Virus record (IMG/VR): IMGVR_UViG_3300013426_000029
Span: 1 to 64,000 of that record
Strand: one strand, 5' to 3'
DNA: 64,000 nt
Source of the DNA: a virus
Lineage: Duplodnaviria > Caudoviricetes
The notes below the pieces were generated by a model. That model was not told the DNA's origin, did no database searches, and saw only the letters and a list, made by a program, of their open reading frames with translations. Numbering within the stretch: the first letter of the stretch is position 1; each line of letters begins with the position of its first letter. The position numbers were made by a program, and so were the translations under genes. This document shows, one piece after another, positions 19,227 through 29,168 of the stretch.

Positions 19227-21506
19227 TGGCTGAATTAATTGCAATTGTAGGAGAGAGTGGTCTTTAAGGAATTTTAACATTTTTATTTTGCCATAAATCA
19301 AATATTTTTATTATATAATGTATTATAATCATAATATAATACAAGTATGAAAAGAACTTATAAAAATTTAACGAAATTACACAAAAACCTGGAATTTATA
19401 TTATTTCTTGCACAGAGACCGATAAAGTATATATTGGGGAAAATTTAGATATTGATGCACGATAGGTTATGAAAGATGATACCGCAGGCCACTTTAACAA
19501 ATCCGTTTAAAATTGGAAAGCCTCGATTCAAATTATTGTGAAATAATTGAGGTAATCAATTACGAACTATATGAATAGCATAAAAGTAATATAGACGTTT
19601 AACGACTAGCAGATAGATAGCTAAATTAATTCTGCCACGAAATACGGACATTTTATAAATTGTATGTGAATATAAAATATAAAGTGAAGAGATAGTCTAA
19701 TCTACATATTAATGAATATAAATTGTAGAGTGTAAGATAAAGAGCTTACAGTTAATACAGTATGAGCGGAAAAACAACAAGTATTAGGAATTTGAATCCT
19801 AAAGAAACTTTTATTATTTCTACTACTGGTAAAAGACCTGGAATTAGGGGAGCTAAAAAATTATACCCTTCTGTAGAATTAACTAAAGATTCATTTAAAG
19901 GTAACTTTTATGAAACCTCTAATGTTGATAATATAGGAAAGATGATGGCATTAGTTTCTAGTAAAAGACCTGAAATAAAAGTTATTATTGTTGATGATTA
20001 ATAAAAAGCCACAAAATATTTTGAAAAGTCATAATATATTATATTTAATGTAATAAAAATATATAAATATAATGATATGAATAAAAAATATAATGACTTT
20101 GAAATTACTGAATTACATTCAAAAGGTTTAACAGATAAAGAAATTGCAGAAATTTTAGGAGTAAATCCTAATAATTTAGCAAGAAAAAGAAATAGATTAG
20201 GTTTAAAACCTAATAAAAATATCAGAGAAACTTATATATTAACTAAAGAAGAGTTAGAAATCATTTGGGGTACTCTTTTAGGAGATTCTACAATTAGATA
20301 TGTTCATAAAGGATGTAAATTTCCAAATTTAACTTTTATACACGGATTAAATCAGAGAGAATATTTTGATTTTTTATCTAATAAATTAGTTAATTTAAAA
20401 TTATCAGTTAAAGAATACGATTCTAAATATATAAGAACTAACAGAGAAATTGCTAAAAGATTAGTATTTACTGGAAAGAACATGAAATGTTTAGTAGATA
20501 TATATAATTCTTTTTATCCAGATAATAAAAAGATAATTCCTATGGCATTTGTAGAAAAATATTTTACAAAAAGGAGTTTATATTATTTATTTATGGATGA
20601 TGGAAGTTATGATGTTTCTAAAAATAGTTATATAATAAACACGCAATGTTTTTCATACGAAAATCTTCAAGAATTTGTTAGTTTTTTATTTAAAAAATTT
20701 AATTTAGAATTTAATATAAAAACTGATAGAAGTTTATATTTAAAACATGTTTCTAATGATATTATGTATAAAATTTTATCTGATAATAATGAATGTGATT
20801 CTATGAAATATAAATATGGTGATAGTCATCATAAAACTCCGTTAAACAAGGAAACTCCTGAAAAGGACAATCTTGTGCTAAACCCTCAAGAAATTGAGGA
20901 AAAAGCTAAACGACTAGAAGTGATGCCTAACGAGAAAGACGAGGCTATAAAATCTTCCACGAAAGCGGGGCACTGTTCAAAGTAAAATTCGTGAGAATAT
21001 GAAATGAATTAAAGATATAGTCTGAACTATACATATAAATAAAAGTATAGAATTGGAAGATAAAGAGCTTCCAAGATAACAAATTGTATCAATATATACA
21101 AGCATTTGAATCAATGGATCGAGTAGACGAGAAAGGGTTCTCAAAGTTTACTGATATGGCGAAACATGCCTATGAAGTTTTAAAGAAAGGAAAGAGTCTA
21201 AGGGATGATCTTTATGTATGTATTTTAACGCATAGTGAAAATATAGGGGATAATATTAATCCTTATTATAAGATTAAGACATTAGGCAAACTCCTAGATT
21301 CAGTAATTACTTTAGAGGGATTGTTTACGTATGTATTATTTACAAAAATTATAAAAGATCCAACTACTGATAAAATTATGTATAAGTTTATAACCAATTC
21401 GGATGGAACTTGTACTGCTAAAACCCCAATTGGTTTATTTGAAGACAATCTAATTGATAATGATCTTGATTTTGTTATTAAAAAGATAAAAGAATATAAT
21501 GAGTAA
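19226..21506 (+). CDS. AAA/Sak4-like ATPase (229 aa) split by two group I introns; exons 19226-19261, 19765-19998, 21087-21506
   Basis: Splicing restores Walker A GESG|SGKT and Walker B IIVDD|YQY in frame. Confidence 0.9.
19262..19764 (+). mobile_element. Group I intron 1 (in Walker A) with decayed GIY-YIG gene
   Basis: Exon ends in U, intron ends in G; IGS GCCACUUU pairs with exon AGAGUGGU; P7 GACUA/UAGUC; AAGAGAUAGUC J8/7 motif. Confidence 0.9.
19347..19510 (+). pseudogene. Frameshifted, truncated GIY-YIG homing endonuclease remnant
   Basis: KPGIYIISCTETDKVYIGENLDIDAR is out of frame with ATG 19347. Confidence 0.8.
19999..21086 (+). mobile_element. Group I intron 2 (after Walker B) carrying a LAGLIDADG gene
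   Basis: IGS GUCAUCA pairs with exon UGAUGAU; P10 UGAUA/UAUCA; P7 GACUA/UAGUC; ends ...AAAUUG. Confidence 0.92.
20077..20985 (+). CDS. Intron-encoded LAGLIDADG homing endonuclease with N-terminal HTH
   Basis: IIWGTLLGDS and LYYLFMDDGS motifs; GLTDKEIAEILGV HTH. Confidence 0.9.
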   Translation: MNKKYNDFEITELHSKGLTDKEIAEILGVNPNNLARKRNRLGLKPNKNIRETYILTKEELEIIWGTLLGDSTIRYVHKGCKFPNLTFIHGLNQREYFDFLSNKLVNLKLSVKEYDSKYIRTNREIAKRLVFTGKNMKCLVDIYNSFYPDNKKIIPMAFVEKYFTKRSLYYLFMDDGSYDVSKNSYIINTQCFSYENLQEFVSFLFKKFNLEFNIKTDRSLYLKHVSNDIMYKILSDNNECDSMKYKYGDSHHKTPLNKETPEKDNLVLNPQEIEEKAKRLEVMPNEKDEAIKSSTKAGHCSK

Positions 21507-22077
21507 TTACATGTTTGAAGAATTTACAATCGCTTTAAAGTATCAAGTTAAAGTAGATACTGATACAGGTGAAATGACTACTAAATGTATTAGTAGAAAG
21601 ATTGATAAAAGTAATTTTGAGGTTTCTGAAAATAAGAAAACTATAATAAAAAATGATACTTCAGAACCAATGTTATATTTAGATTCAAATAAATTTACTT
21701 TAAATCAATCTGCAATAAATCTTACTGGATTTAATCCAGAAAATAAAATAACTATTGAATATGGTAATATTGATGGTAATATAATTCCATTAATTAAAAT
21801 TGATGAAAAATCTGGTAATAGACTAACTAAATCACATACTGTATCTTACAGAGGAAATAAAAATAAAACATTATCAGAATATGGTTCTGAGTTTAAATTA
21901 GAAAAACATCCAGAATTAGATAATATATTTATTCTTAAATCTGATAAAGAACCTATTAAAGAAACAGGTAATGAAGATGTTAATCTTAATGATTTAGAAG
22001 AACTTATTGAACCAGATTCTTTAAATTCAGTAGTAAACGATACAACAGAAGTTAATAATAATTTATTTCAATTTTAA
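21499..22077 (+). CDS. Hypothetical protein with acidic C-terminus
   Basis: 192-aa ORF in the recombination module. Confidence 0.75.
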   Translation: MSNYMFEEFTIALKYQVKVDTDTGEMTTKCISRKIDKSNFEVSENKKTIIKNDTSEPMLYLDSNKFTLNQSAINLTGFNPENKITIEYGNIDGNIIPLIKIDEKSGNRLTKSHTVSYRGNKNKTLSEYGSEFKLEKHPELDNIFILKSDKEPIKETGNEDVNLNDLEELIEPDSLNSVVNDTTEVNNNLFQF

Positions 22078-22089
22078 AAATTTATAATT

Positions 22090-22809
22090 ATGTTCAATTT
22101 TAGTCTTAATGAAGTAAAACAATCAAATCAAAATTCTTATCTCAAGCCTTATACTATTTATAAAGATGTTTGTTTGGATAATGCTGAAATTGTAGAAGGA
22201 ACTTCTAAAGAAGGTAAAACTTGGAAAGCAATTCAAATAACTTTTAAATGTGATGAAGGAACATATAGTCATCGTATTTTTTGGGTTGATGAAAATGGTT
22301 TTACTAGAGGTGAAATGCAAACTTCTAATGGTGGTAAACGAGAACTTCCCAGTACTTGGGAAAGAACCCGTGATGAAATGGCTGCTATTGGTTTTGCATT
22401 CTTTCCTGATACTTTTGCTAAACTTCAGGAAGCATCTACTAAAGCAAAGACATTTGATGATATCGCTAAAGTTTATTTGAAGCTTCTTAAAGAAGCAATT
22501 GGCAAAGTAAAAACAGAAATGAAACTTGTTGGGCGTACTTCTAATGGTACTATTTATGCAAGTCTTCCTAATTGTACTGGTATTGCTTGTGCAGATAATG
22601 AAAAGAAAGCAGCATCTAATAATGTAAATGTTGGTGATTGGTATACTTGGATGGTTAGTCCGTTTGGTAAAAACTTAACATTTACAGCCTATGAACAAGG
22701 TAAAGCAAATGAATATCATAACGCTAAACCTACTAAGATGCCTGATGAAACTCCTATAACTAAAGATTCTGACAATATTAATCTTGACGAATTCGATCTT
22801 GATCTTTAA
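22090..22809 (+). CDS. Putative single-stranded DNA-binding protein
   Basis: OB-like N-terminus (GKTWKAIQITF), acidic tail LDEFDLDL, position between AAA ATPase and primase. Confidence 0.6.
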   Translation: MFNFSLNEVKQSNQNSYLKPYTIYKDVCLDNAEIVEGTSKEGKTWKAIQITFKCDEGTYSHRIFWVDENGFTRGEMQTSNGGKRELPSTWERTRDEMAAIGFAFFPDTFAKLQEASTKAKTFDDIAKVYLKLLKEAIGKVKTEMKLVGRTSNGTIYASLPNCTGIACADNEKKAASNNVNVGDWYTWMVSPFGKNLTFTAYEQGKANEYHNAKPTKMPDETPITKDSDNINLDEFDLDL

Positions 22810-22857
22810 ATAAATTTTTAGTTTTATAGGAAATTCTTAAATTTATAATTAAAAACA

Positions 22858-23880
22858 ATGGACTTTTCTATAAAACCAAAAATTACTAAATCATTAATTT
22901 TATCTGAATTTTCTGAGGAACAAATAATGTCATATTATCTAAATATTCCAATTAAGAAAGGATTATTTAGAAGTCCACTAAGAAAAGATATTAATCCGAC
23001 TTGTAGTTTATATCGTAATAAATCTGGGACTTTAATATTTAAAGATTTTGCAACTGGTCAGTATTTAAATTGTTTTGAAGTTGTACAAGCTAAATATAAC
23101 TGTAATTATTTTGAAGCTTTAAACATTATTGCAAATGATTTTAATATAGTACATAATAAAATTCTTCATAAAAATTCAGATAAAATTATTGATAATTCTA
23201 TAAAAATAAAAAATAATGAAATAGCTAAAATACAAGTAGAAATACAAAACTTTACACCTTATGAATTAAAATGGTGGAAGAAATATGGAATAACTTTAGA
23301 TTTACTTAAAAAGTATAAAGTATTCTCTTGTAAGCATGTATTTTTAAATGGAAATATAATTGCTGAATCAAGTCAAAATTGTCCAATATTTGGATATTAT
23401 GGTGGTAATATCAAAAAGAATAAAGAAAAGATTGAATTATGGAGATGCTATTTTCCAAAAAGGAAATCTTATAGATTTATTACTAATTGGCCAAGTAAAA
23501 AGATTCAAGGTTTCGATCAAATAATTGGTAAAGGTAAATTATTAATAATTACTAAGAGTATGAAAGATTTATTGTGTTTTAGATCAATAGGATTAGAAGC
23601 TATTGCCCCTAATAGTGAAACGCAATTTCTAACTGATTCTATACTTAATAATTTAAAACAAAACTATAAACATATTATAGTTTTATTTGATAATGATCAA
23701 ACAGGTATTTCTTTTATGAATAAAATTAAAAAGAAACATCCAGACTTATTATATACTTGGATTCCTTTTAAATATAAAGCTAAAGATATTTCTGATTTCT
23801 ATAAAAAGTATGGTAGAGATTTCACTATTAAAACAATTAAAGACTATATTATATGGCTAAAAAAAGTTAGAAAGATTTAA
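22858..23880 (+). CDS. DNA primase (Toprim)
   Basis: SPLRKDINPTCS, FKDFATG, ITKSMKD, LFDNDQTG, KDISD. Confidence 0.88.
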   Translation: MDFSIKPKITKSLILSEFSEEQIMSYYLNIPIKKGLFRSPLRKDINPTCSLYRNKSGTLIFKDFATGQYLNCFEVVQAKYNCNYFEALNIIANDFNIVHNKILHKNSDKIIDNSIKIKNNEIAKIQVEIQNFTPYELKWWKKYGITLDLLKKYKVFSCKHVFLNGNIIAESSQNCPIFGYYGGNIKKNKEKIELWRCYFPKRKSYRFITNWPSKKIQGFDQIIGKGKLLIITKSMKDLLCFRSIGLEAIAPNSETQFLTDSILNNLKQNYKHIIVLFDNDQTGISFMNKIKKKHPDLLYTWIPFKYKAKDISDFYKKYGRDFTIKTIKDYIIWLKKVRKI

Positions 23881-24419
23881 ATACATCTTGTAAATGTACT
23901 TATAAGGACGGTACAACTCAAGAGTTTACATCTATAGAAGAAGCTAGTTCAATTACTGGAATATCTATTCCCAGTATTAAGATTAGATGTAATAAACCTG
24001 GAACTTTAGGTAAAGATAAAACTGCTTTTGAATGGTTAGATAAAAAGACAGAACTTTACTATAGAGCAAAAAAGAGTCGTAATAAAGGGTCGGCTTTAGA
24101 AAATGATGTAGTGAACAAACTTAAAGAACTAGGTTATGATGGAGTATGTCGATCTGCTGGAGAAAGTAAGCACTTAGATAATGCTAAAGTTGATATTGCT
24201 GATATTAATCATGAGCTTGAGGTAGCAATTCAATGCAAGCATTATGCTAATACCCCAAATTATTTCAAAATTAAAGACGAATGCACTGATAATAGAGATT
24301 TTGTTTTAATATGGAAGAAAAGTGCTGAAGCGGGTACTATTAGTAAAGGAACTGTTGCTATTATGGATGTAAACTTCTTTTATAAATTATTAGATACATA
24401 TCATAAATGTAAAAAATGA
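23853..24419 (+). CDS. Hjc-like Holliday junction resolvase with N-terminal NUMOD1/HTH-like domain; single TAG at codon 6
   Basis: ATG GCT AAA AAA AGT TAG AAA..., then open; EFTSIEEASSITGIS (HTH-like) and SRNKGSALE...VDI...IQCK (PD-(D/E)xK). Confidence 0.82.
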
Positions 24420-24937
24420 AATTAGACATCTCAATGGACCTTGATGGTTGTTTGTGTAACTTCTACGGTCCATATTTAGAACGTTTTGGTACGCCTAAGA
24501 AAGATACAGACATTACTTATAATGTTGCTAATATTCTTAAATATGATAAAGAATTTTGGTTATCGTTACCTGTAATAAATGAACTTAATTGGTGTCCTAA
24601 ACAATATACAACTGCGAGAATAATTAAAAAGAATTGGATTAAGGAATATTTGAAGATTAATGGATTTCCTAAAGCTCCAATTTATCAAATATTTGGTTAT
24701 AGTTTAAGTAAGGCTAGTAAAATACGAATGGGAGGCTGTGATCTACATATAGATGACAGTCTTTCTGTGTTTATAGACCTAAATAAAAAAGGTATCCCGT
24801 GTCTACTATTAGATTCCCCAAATAATCAAGATTGGGGACCAATAGGCCGTATCTATTCATTAGATATAGATGAAATAGAGGATACTTATAATCTATTTAT
24901 TAATACATTATTTTCAAATTTTATTAATTTATTATGA
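24416..24937 (+). CDS. HAD-family 5'(3')-nucleotidase-like protein
   Basis: DLDGCL and HIDDS motifs. Confidence 0.8.
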   Translation: MKLDISMDLDGCLCNFYGPYLERFGTPKKDTDITYNVANILKYDKEFWLSLPVINELNWCPKQYTTARIIKKNWIKEYLKINGFPKAPIYQIFGYSLSKASKIRMGGCDLHIDDSLSVFIDLNKKGIPCLLLDSPNNQDWGPIGRIYSLDIDEIEDTYNLFINTLFSNFINLL

Positions 24938-25218
24938 ATAACGTAAAGAAATTAGTAATAAATGAACTTACTAAAGATACAATTACCATAGATTTAATTG
25001 ATGAAAGATTTCCAGGAATTATTATTGCTTTGAAAGATAATAATCCAGTAGGATTTATTAGCTTTTATGAAGATTATGGTTGGGTATTACATAATAATGT
25101 AGGAGATAATATTCTTGATAATGCGGATGAAACTATATATTCACTTAGTAAAGCTATTCAAAATATAATAAAACAAAATTTAGCTAATAATTTTAAAGTA
25201 ATAGAGTTTGAAGATTAA
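24934..25218 (+). CDS. Hypothetical protein
   Basis: Coupled ORF. Confidence 0.65.
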   Translation: MNNVKKLVINELTKDTITIDLIDERFPGIIIALKDNNPVGFISFYEDYGWVLHNNVGDNILDNADETIYSLSKAIQNIIKQNLANNFKVIEFED

Positions 25219-26224
25219 ACCATTATTAGATACTCTGAGGTTAGAAAAAATTTCAGATGAAACCTATTTCTCAAAAAAGTATTCTAATTATATTTCTAAT
25301 TCAAGATTAGGACTTATTAATCCTAAACAAGGAGGAAGTCCTGAGAAATTCTTTGCTGGATTTAAACCAATTTATAGCGGCTCATTAGATTTAGGTAGTG
25401 CAGTTCATCAGATGAGTCTTCAAAGTAAATTCTTTGAAATTTGTAAAACAGTTGATAAACCAACTGCTAAGGTAGGGGTTATTGCAGATAAAATATATAA
25501 TATCTTTAAAGGTAAAGTTCCTAATAAAGAAGATATATGCAAAATTGCTGCAGAAATTGATTATTATCACGGACTTCTTTCTGAAAAACAAATTGAAACT
25601 GTATTTACAAAATGTAAGCCTTATTGGGCTGATAGAAAGTTATTTGAAGACTCTTATACTGGAAATAAGGAGTTAATCTACTTAGATCCAAGAACTCGGG
25701 AGATAGCTTGTAATTGTATTGTAGCACTAAAAAAGAATCAATATATACAAAATTTATTATACCCAAAAGGTCTTATAGAAAATCCAATTTCTGAAAACGA
25801 ACAGGCAATTCTATTGGATGTTGAAATAGATGGTAAATTTATATTAAAGATTAAAGCAAAACTTGATAATTATACTATAGATAAAGAAACAAATACTATA
25901 GTAGTTAATGATATTAAAACATTAGGAAGAATTGTATCAGATTTCTCAATTAACGTAGATAAATATCGTTATAATAGGGAGCTTAGTTTATATTCTTGGT
26001 TATTAAGTTTATGTGCAAATAAATTCTATGATATGAAAGATCCTATTATTAAAGGAAATTATTTAGTAGTATCTACAATACCTCAATATTATACTAAGAT
26101 AGTTCCTATGACTAAATCTATGTATAATGAAGGATGGAAAGAATTTGTGTATCTTCTTAAATTAGTTGCTAAATCTGTAGAAACTGATTATAAAGATTTT
26201 GGAATATGGATTTCAAAGAAATGA
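25208..26224 (+). CDS. PD-(D/E)xK exonuclease (RecE/ExoVIII-like)
   Basis: ISNSRL, LGSAVH, KAKLD...VNDIKT, YNRELSLY. Confidence 0.82.
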   Translation: MKIKPLLDTLRLEKISDETYFSKKYSNYISNSRLGLINPKQGGSPEKFFAGFKPIYSGSLDLGSAVHQMSLQSKFFEICKTVDKPTAKVGVIADKIYNIFKGKVPNKEDICKIAAEIDYYHGLLSEKQIETVFTKCKPYWADRKLFEDSYTGNKELIYLDPRTREIACNCIVALKKNQYIQNLLYPKGLIENPISENEQAILLDVEIDGKFILKIKAKLDNYTIDKETNTIVVNDIKTLGRIVSDFSINVDKYRYNRELSLYSWLLSLCANKFYDMKDPIIKGNYLVVSTIPQYYTKIVPMTKSMYNEGWKEFVYLLKLVAKSVETDYKDFGIWISKK

Positions 26225-26526
26225 AAGAGAATTATAAAATATATTCTCTAGGTTATTTAAATACTGATATTAATAATAAGTTTGCTCTAATTTCATTAAT
26301 TGATTACTTAGTAATGCGATTAAAAGAAAAGAAACCAGATGTAACTTATTATCAAGTAATATATAAGATAGCTGGAGCTTCATATCCAGAAGACTTTATA
26401 AAAGCATTAGCTATAGTATGTGAAGATTTTGCATACGGATGTAAAGAATTTCCAACATTTGGAATTGCTCCTAAAGAAGTGCCTAAGAAAATAAAAGAAA
26501 TGTTAGATACTTATATACCTTTTTAA
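26206..26526 (+). CDS. Hypothetical protein
   Basis: 106-aa ORF. Confidence 0.7.
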   Translation: MDFKEMKENYKIYSLGYLNTDINNKFALISLIDYLVMRLKEKKPDVTYYQVIYKIAGASYPEDFIKALAIVCEDFAYGCKEFPTFGIAPKEVPKKIKEMLDTYIPF

Positions 26527-26614
26527 AAATTAACTTATTCCCTATTCAAAATATTTAATATAATTAAAGGTATACAAATGTGCTAGATAAAGTTTAGAAA
26601 AATGCAATTTTTAG

Positions 26615-26645
26615 TTTGTTATCTTAGCTAGAATTTATACATTTG
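26615..26645 (+). promoter_or_regulatory. Bacteroidota housekeeping-type promoter
   Basis: TTTG-N19-TACATTTG. Confidence 0.78.
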
Positions 26646-26696
26646 CATTGTTAGATAATTCTAATATGAATTAATGTTATTATAAATTTTTAAATT

Positions 26697-27248
26697 ATGA
26701 ATTTTATGAGTTTTAAGAAAATGGAAGTAATGGGTGCAACTAAGGACGAAGCAATGGCAAAGACACCCTTTGATAGAATCTTTTGTGATGCAACACAGGC
26801 ATTTAAGAATTGGAAAAGCAAGCAACATGACGGTTACACAGATGCAGATCTAAAGCAATTTATGCTTGATCAGCTTGAACTTAAGACTAAGAATGCACCT
26901 GGTCTTGGTATCTCAATTACTTTGGAATCAGCTGTTGTTGATAGTCGTACTCGTCCTTATACTATTACTGATAATAAGAATAAGAACAGTAAGCATCGTT
27001 ATAAGATGACTTATATGATTGTTGATAAAGATACACATGAGATTCTTGCTCAGACTAATGAAACTAAGGCTAAAGCTAAAGAACTTATGAAGAATCTTTA
27101 TACTAATAAGAGTTATAAGGGTAACGCTGAGTGCTGGTTCACAAAGCAAGTAATTGAAGGAGAGAAGGTTGCATTTGATGCTACTTATACTCCTTCTAAG
27201 AATACTCATCCTGGTAAGTATCTTGTATTTGGCATCGATAAAGACTAA
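26697..27248 (+). CDS. Monocistronic basic protein, probably highly expressed
   Basis: Own promoter and terminator; AAG/CTT-rich codon usage differs from neighbours. Confidence 0.8.
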   Translation: MNFMSFKKMEVMGATKDEAMAKTPFDRIFCDATQAFKNWKSKQHDGYTDADLKQFMLDQLELKTKNAPGLGISITLESAVVDSRTRPYTITDNKNKNSKHRYKMTYMIVDKDTHEILAQTNETKAKAKELMKNLYTNKSYKGNAECWFTKQVIEGEKVAFDATYTPSKNTHPGKYLVFGIDKD

Positions 27249-27270
27249 TATTATTTTTAAAATTTAACTT

Positions 27271-27313
27271 TAAATGGAGGTAACTTAGAAATAAGTTATC
27301 TCCATTTATTTTT
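27271..27313 (+). terminator. Intrinsic terminator
   Basis: TAAATGGAGGTAACTTA-GAAA-TAAGTTATCTCCATTTA followed by T5. Confidence 0.85.
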
Positions 27314-27344
27314 ATAAACGTAACTGTAATTTAAAACCGAAAGG

Positions 27345-28859
27345 ATGAAATCAGAAACTATTAATAAATTAATTAAACATTTAAAAGCAATTAAAGCCGC
27401 TGATATTACAATTAATCAGTATGAAAAAATAAACAACTTAAGTTCTACATTTATTAAAAATAAAATATATAGTATTAAAGTTGCCCATGAAGATGAAACA
27501 ATTTCTGACGAAGATTATAATACTATAATGAATTTATATGAATCTGTTAAACAAAAACATAGCAGAAATTCTGATATTGAAGACACTGATAATCGTTCTG
27601 AAGTAACTTTAGATAGAGATGACAATGGAAGAATAACTCAATACAATTTTAGTGTTAGTATAAGAGATAAAGTCCCTCTTACTGGACATTTTACTAGAGA
27701 TGAAATGAGTCTTATTTATAGACTTTATTCTAGTTATGGTAGTAATATTACTCAGAGGGAAGTATCTAGATTTTTTCCAGAATATTCTCTTTGTGATTTT
27801 AAAAGAATATTGAGAACTTTTAATATCACTAAAGCATCTGCCCCATTTCCTCAACATATTATAGAGGAGAATGATAAATCAACTCTTCTTGATATGCAAT
27901 TTAGAGAAAAAGAAAACGATTTCCTTAAATCTTATGAAGCTGATAAAGTTAGACAAATGGATCTGCAACTTAAGAAATACATGAAGGAAAATTATGATTT
28001 AAAGAATCAAATCCAATCATTTTCTAATATTAATCTAAATCTTACAGGCGGAATATCTGTAACACCTAAGCCAAGTAATTCTAAGAAAGATTTATTTATT
28101 TATCTTTCTGATATGCATATTGGAGCAAGTGTAGGAGAAAATTCTCTTTATAATAATACTTATGATGCTAAAGAAGTTCAGAATAGATTAAATAAAATAT
28201 ATAATACTGTATATAATGCCGATGGTTATGATTCTATAATTGTATGTAATATAGGAGATTCATTAGATGGGGAATATAATCAAACTACCAGAGGAGGACA
28301 TTATCTTCCTCAAAATATGGATGAAAAGCAACAAATTAAATGTTTCTTAGAATCTATGTATGGGTTCTTCACTAATTTATCTACTATACCTCATAATGAA
28401 ATTAAATATTATGCTGTAGGAGAATCTAATCATGGTGGAGTATATGAATATGCAAGTCAAATCGCACTAAGTAAAGTATTAGATACAATTAATGTTAAAA
28501 GTACAGTATGGGATAAGTTTATAGGTCATTTTATACATAAGGGGCATACCTATATATGCTCTCATGGAAAAGATAATAAAGATATGTTTAAAAATTGGCC
28601 TCTTACTCTCAACGATAAAACTGAAGGCATTATCAACGAATATATGGATATAAATAATATTTCAACAGCTACTGTAATTAAAGGAGATTTACATCAATCT
28701 GCAATTACGTATGGTAAAAGATTTGTTTATAGGTCTGTAGGTTCATTATTTGGAAGTAGTGGTTGGATTATGAAGAATTTTGGTAATACTCATGCTGCTT
28801 GTGATTATTCTATTGTTGATGAAAATCAATCATTAGATGGAAGAGTAATACTTAACTAG
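27345..28859 (+). CDS. Calcineurin-like metallophosphoesterase with N-terminal extension
   Basis: LSDMHIG, IGDSLDG, SNHG, SHG, GDLH motifs. Confidence 0.85.
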   Translation: MKSETINKLIKHLKAIKAADITINQYEKINNLSSTFIKNKIYSIKVAHEDETISDEDYNTIMNLYESVKQKHSRNSDIEDTDNRSEVTLDRDDNGRITQYNFSVSIRDKVPLTGHFTRDEMSLIYRLYSSYGSNITQREVSRFFPEYSLCDFKRILRTFNITKASAPFPQHIIEENDKSTLLDMQFREKENDFLKSYEADKVRQMDLQLKKYMKENYDLKNQIQSFSNINLNLTGGISVTPKPSNSKKDLFIYLSDMHIGASVGENSLYNNTYDAKEVQNRLNKIYNTVYNADGYDSIIVCNIGDSLDGEYNQTTRGGHYLPQNMDEKQQIKCFLESMYGFFTNLSTIPHNEIKYYAVGESNHGGVYEYASQIALSKVLDTINVKSTVWDKFIGHFIHKGHTYICSHGKDNKDMFKNWPLTLNDKTEGIINEYMDINNISTATVIKGDLHQSAITYGKRFVYRSVGSLFGSSGWIMKNFGNTHAACDYSIVDENQSLDGRVILN

Positions 28860-29000
28860 AAATGGAATTATTATTTATAGATGTAAAAAACGAAAAGATT
28901 CTTGGTAAATTGTTTATTGATTGTTCAAAAATCTTTCAAGAAAAAGAGTTAGATAAACTAAAAGAAAATTTAAAAAAATTAATATAATAATTAAAGAAAA

Positions 29001-29162
29001 ATGAGAAAGTCTGATTATGCATTTGGTAAGTATAAACCAAACAAAAACGCAGTTAAAGTAACTTATAAAGGTACAGAGTATCTTTCTAAAGCACAATGTA
29101 TGGCTCTTGAAGGAATTACAAGAAAACAATTAGATGAATATCTTATTCTTAATAAACAATAA
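29001..29162 (+). CDS. 53-aa putative DNA-binding protein
   Basis: VTYKGTEYLSKAQCMALEGITRKQL; not in the ORF track. Confidence 0.6.
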   Translation: MRKSDYAFGKYKPNKNAVKVTYKGTEYLSKAQCMALEGITRKQLDEYLILNKQ

Positions 29163-29168
29163 TAAATT

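Noticed and set aside
19762-21506. ORF-track starts at 19762 (ATG) and 21084 (TTG) as separate genes
   Set aside because: Both codons are the last three nucleotides of introns; the pieces are exons of one ATPase
26574-26645. Imperfect inverted symmetry (CAAATGT...ACATTTG) as a replication origin or divergent promoter
   Set aside because: Short and AT-rich, no iterons or divergent gene; explained by the forward promoter
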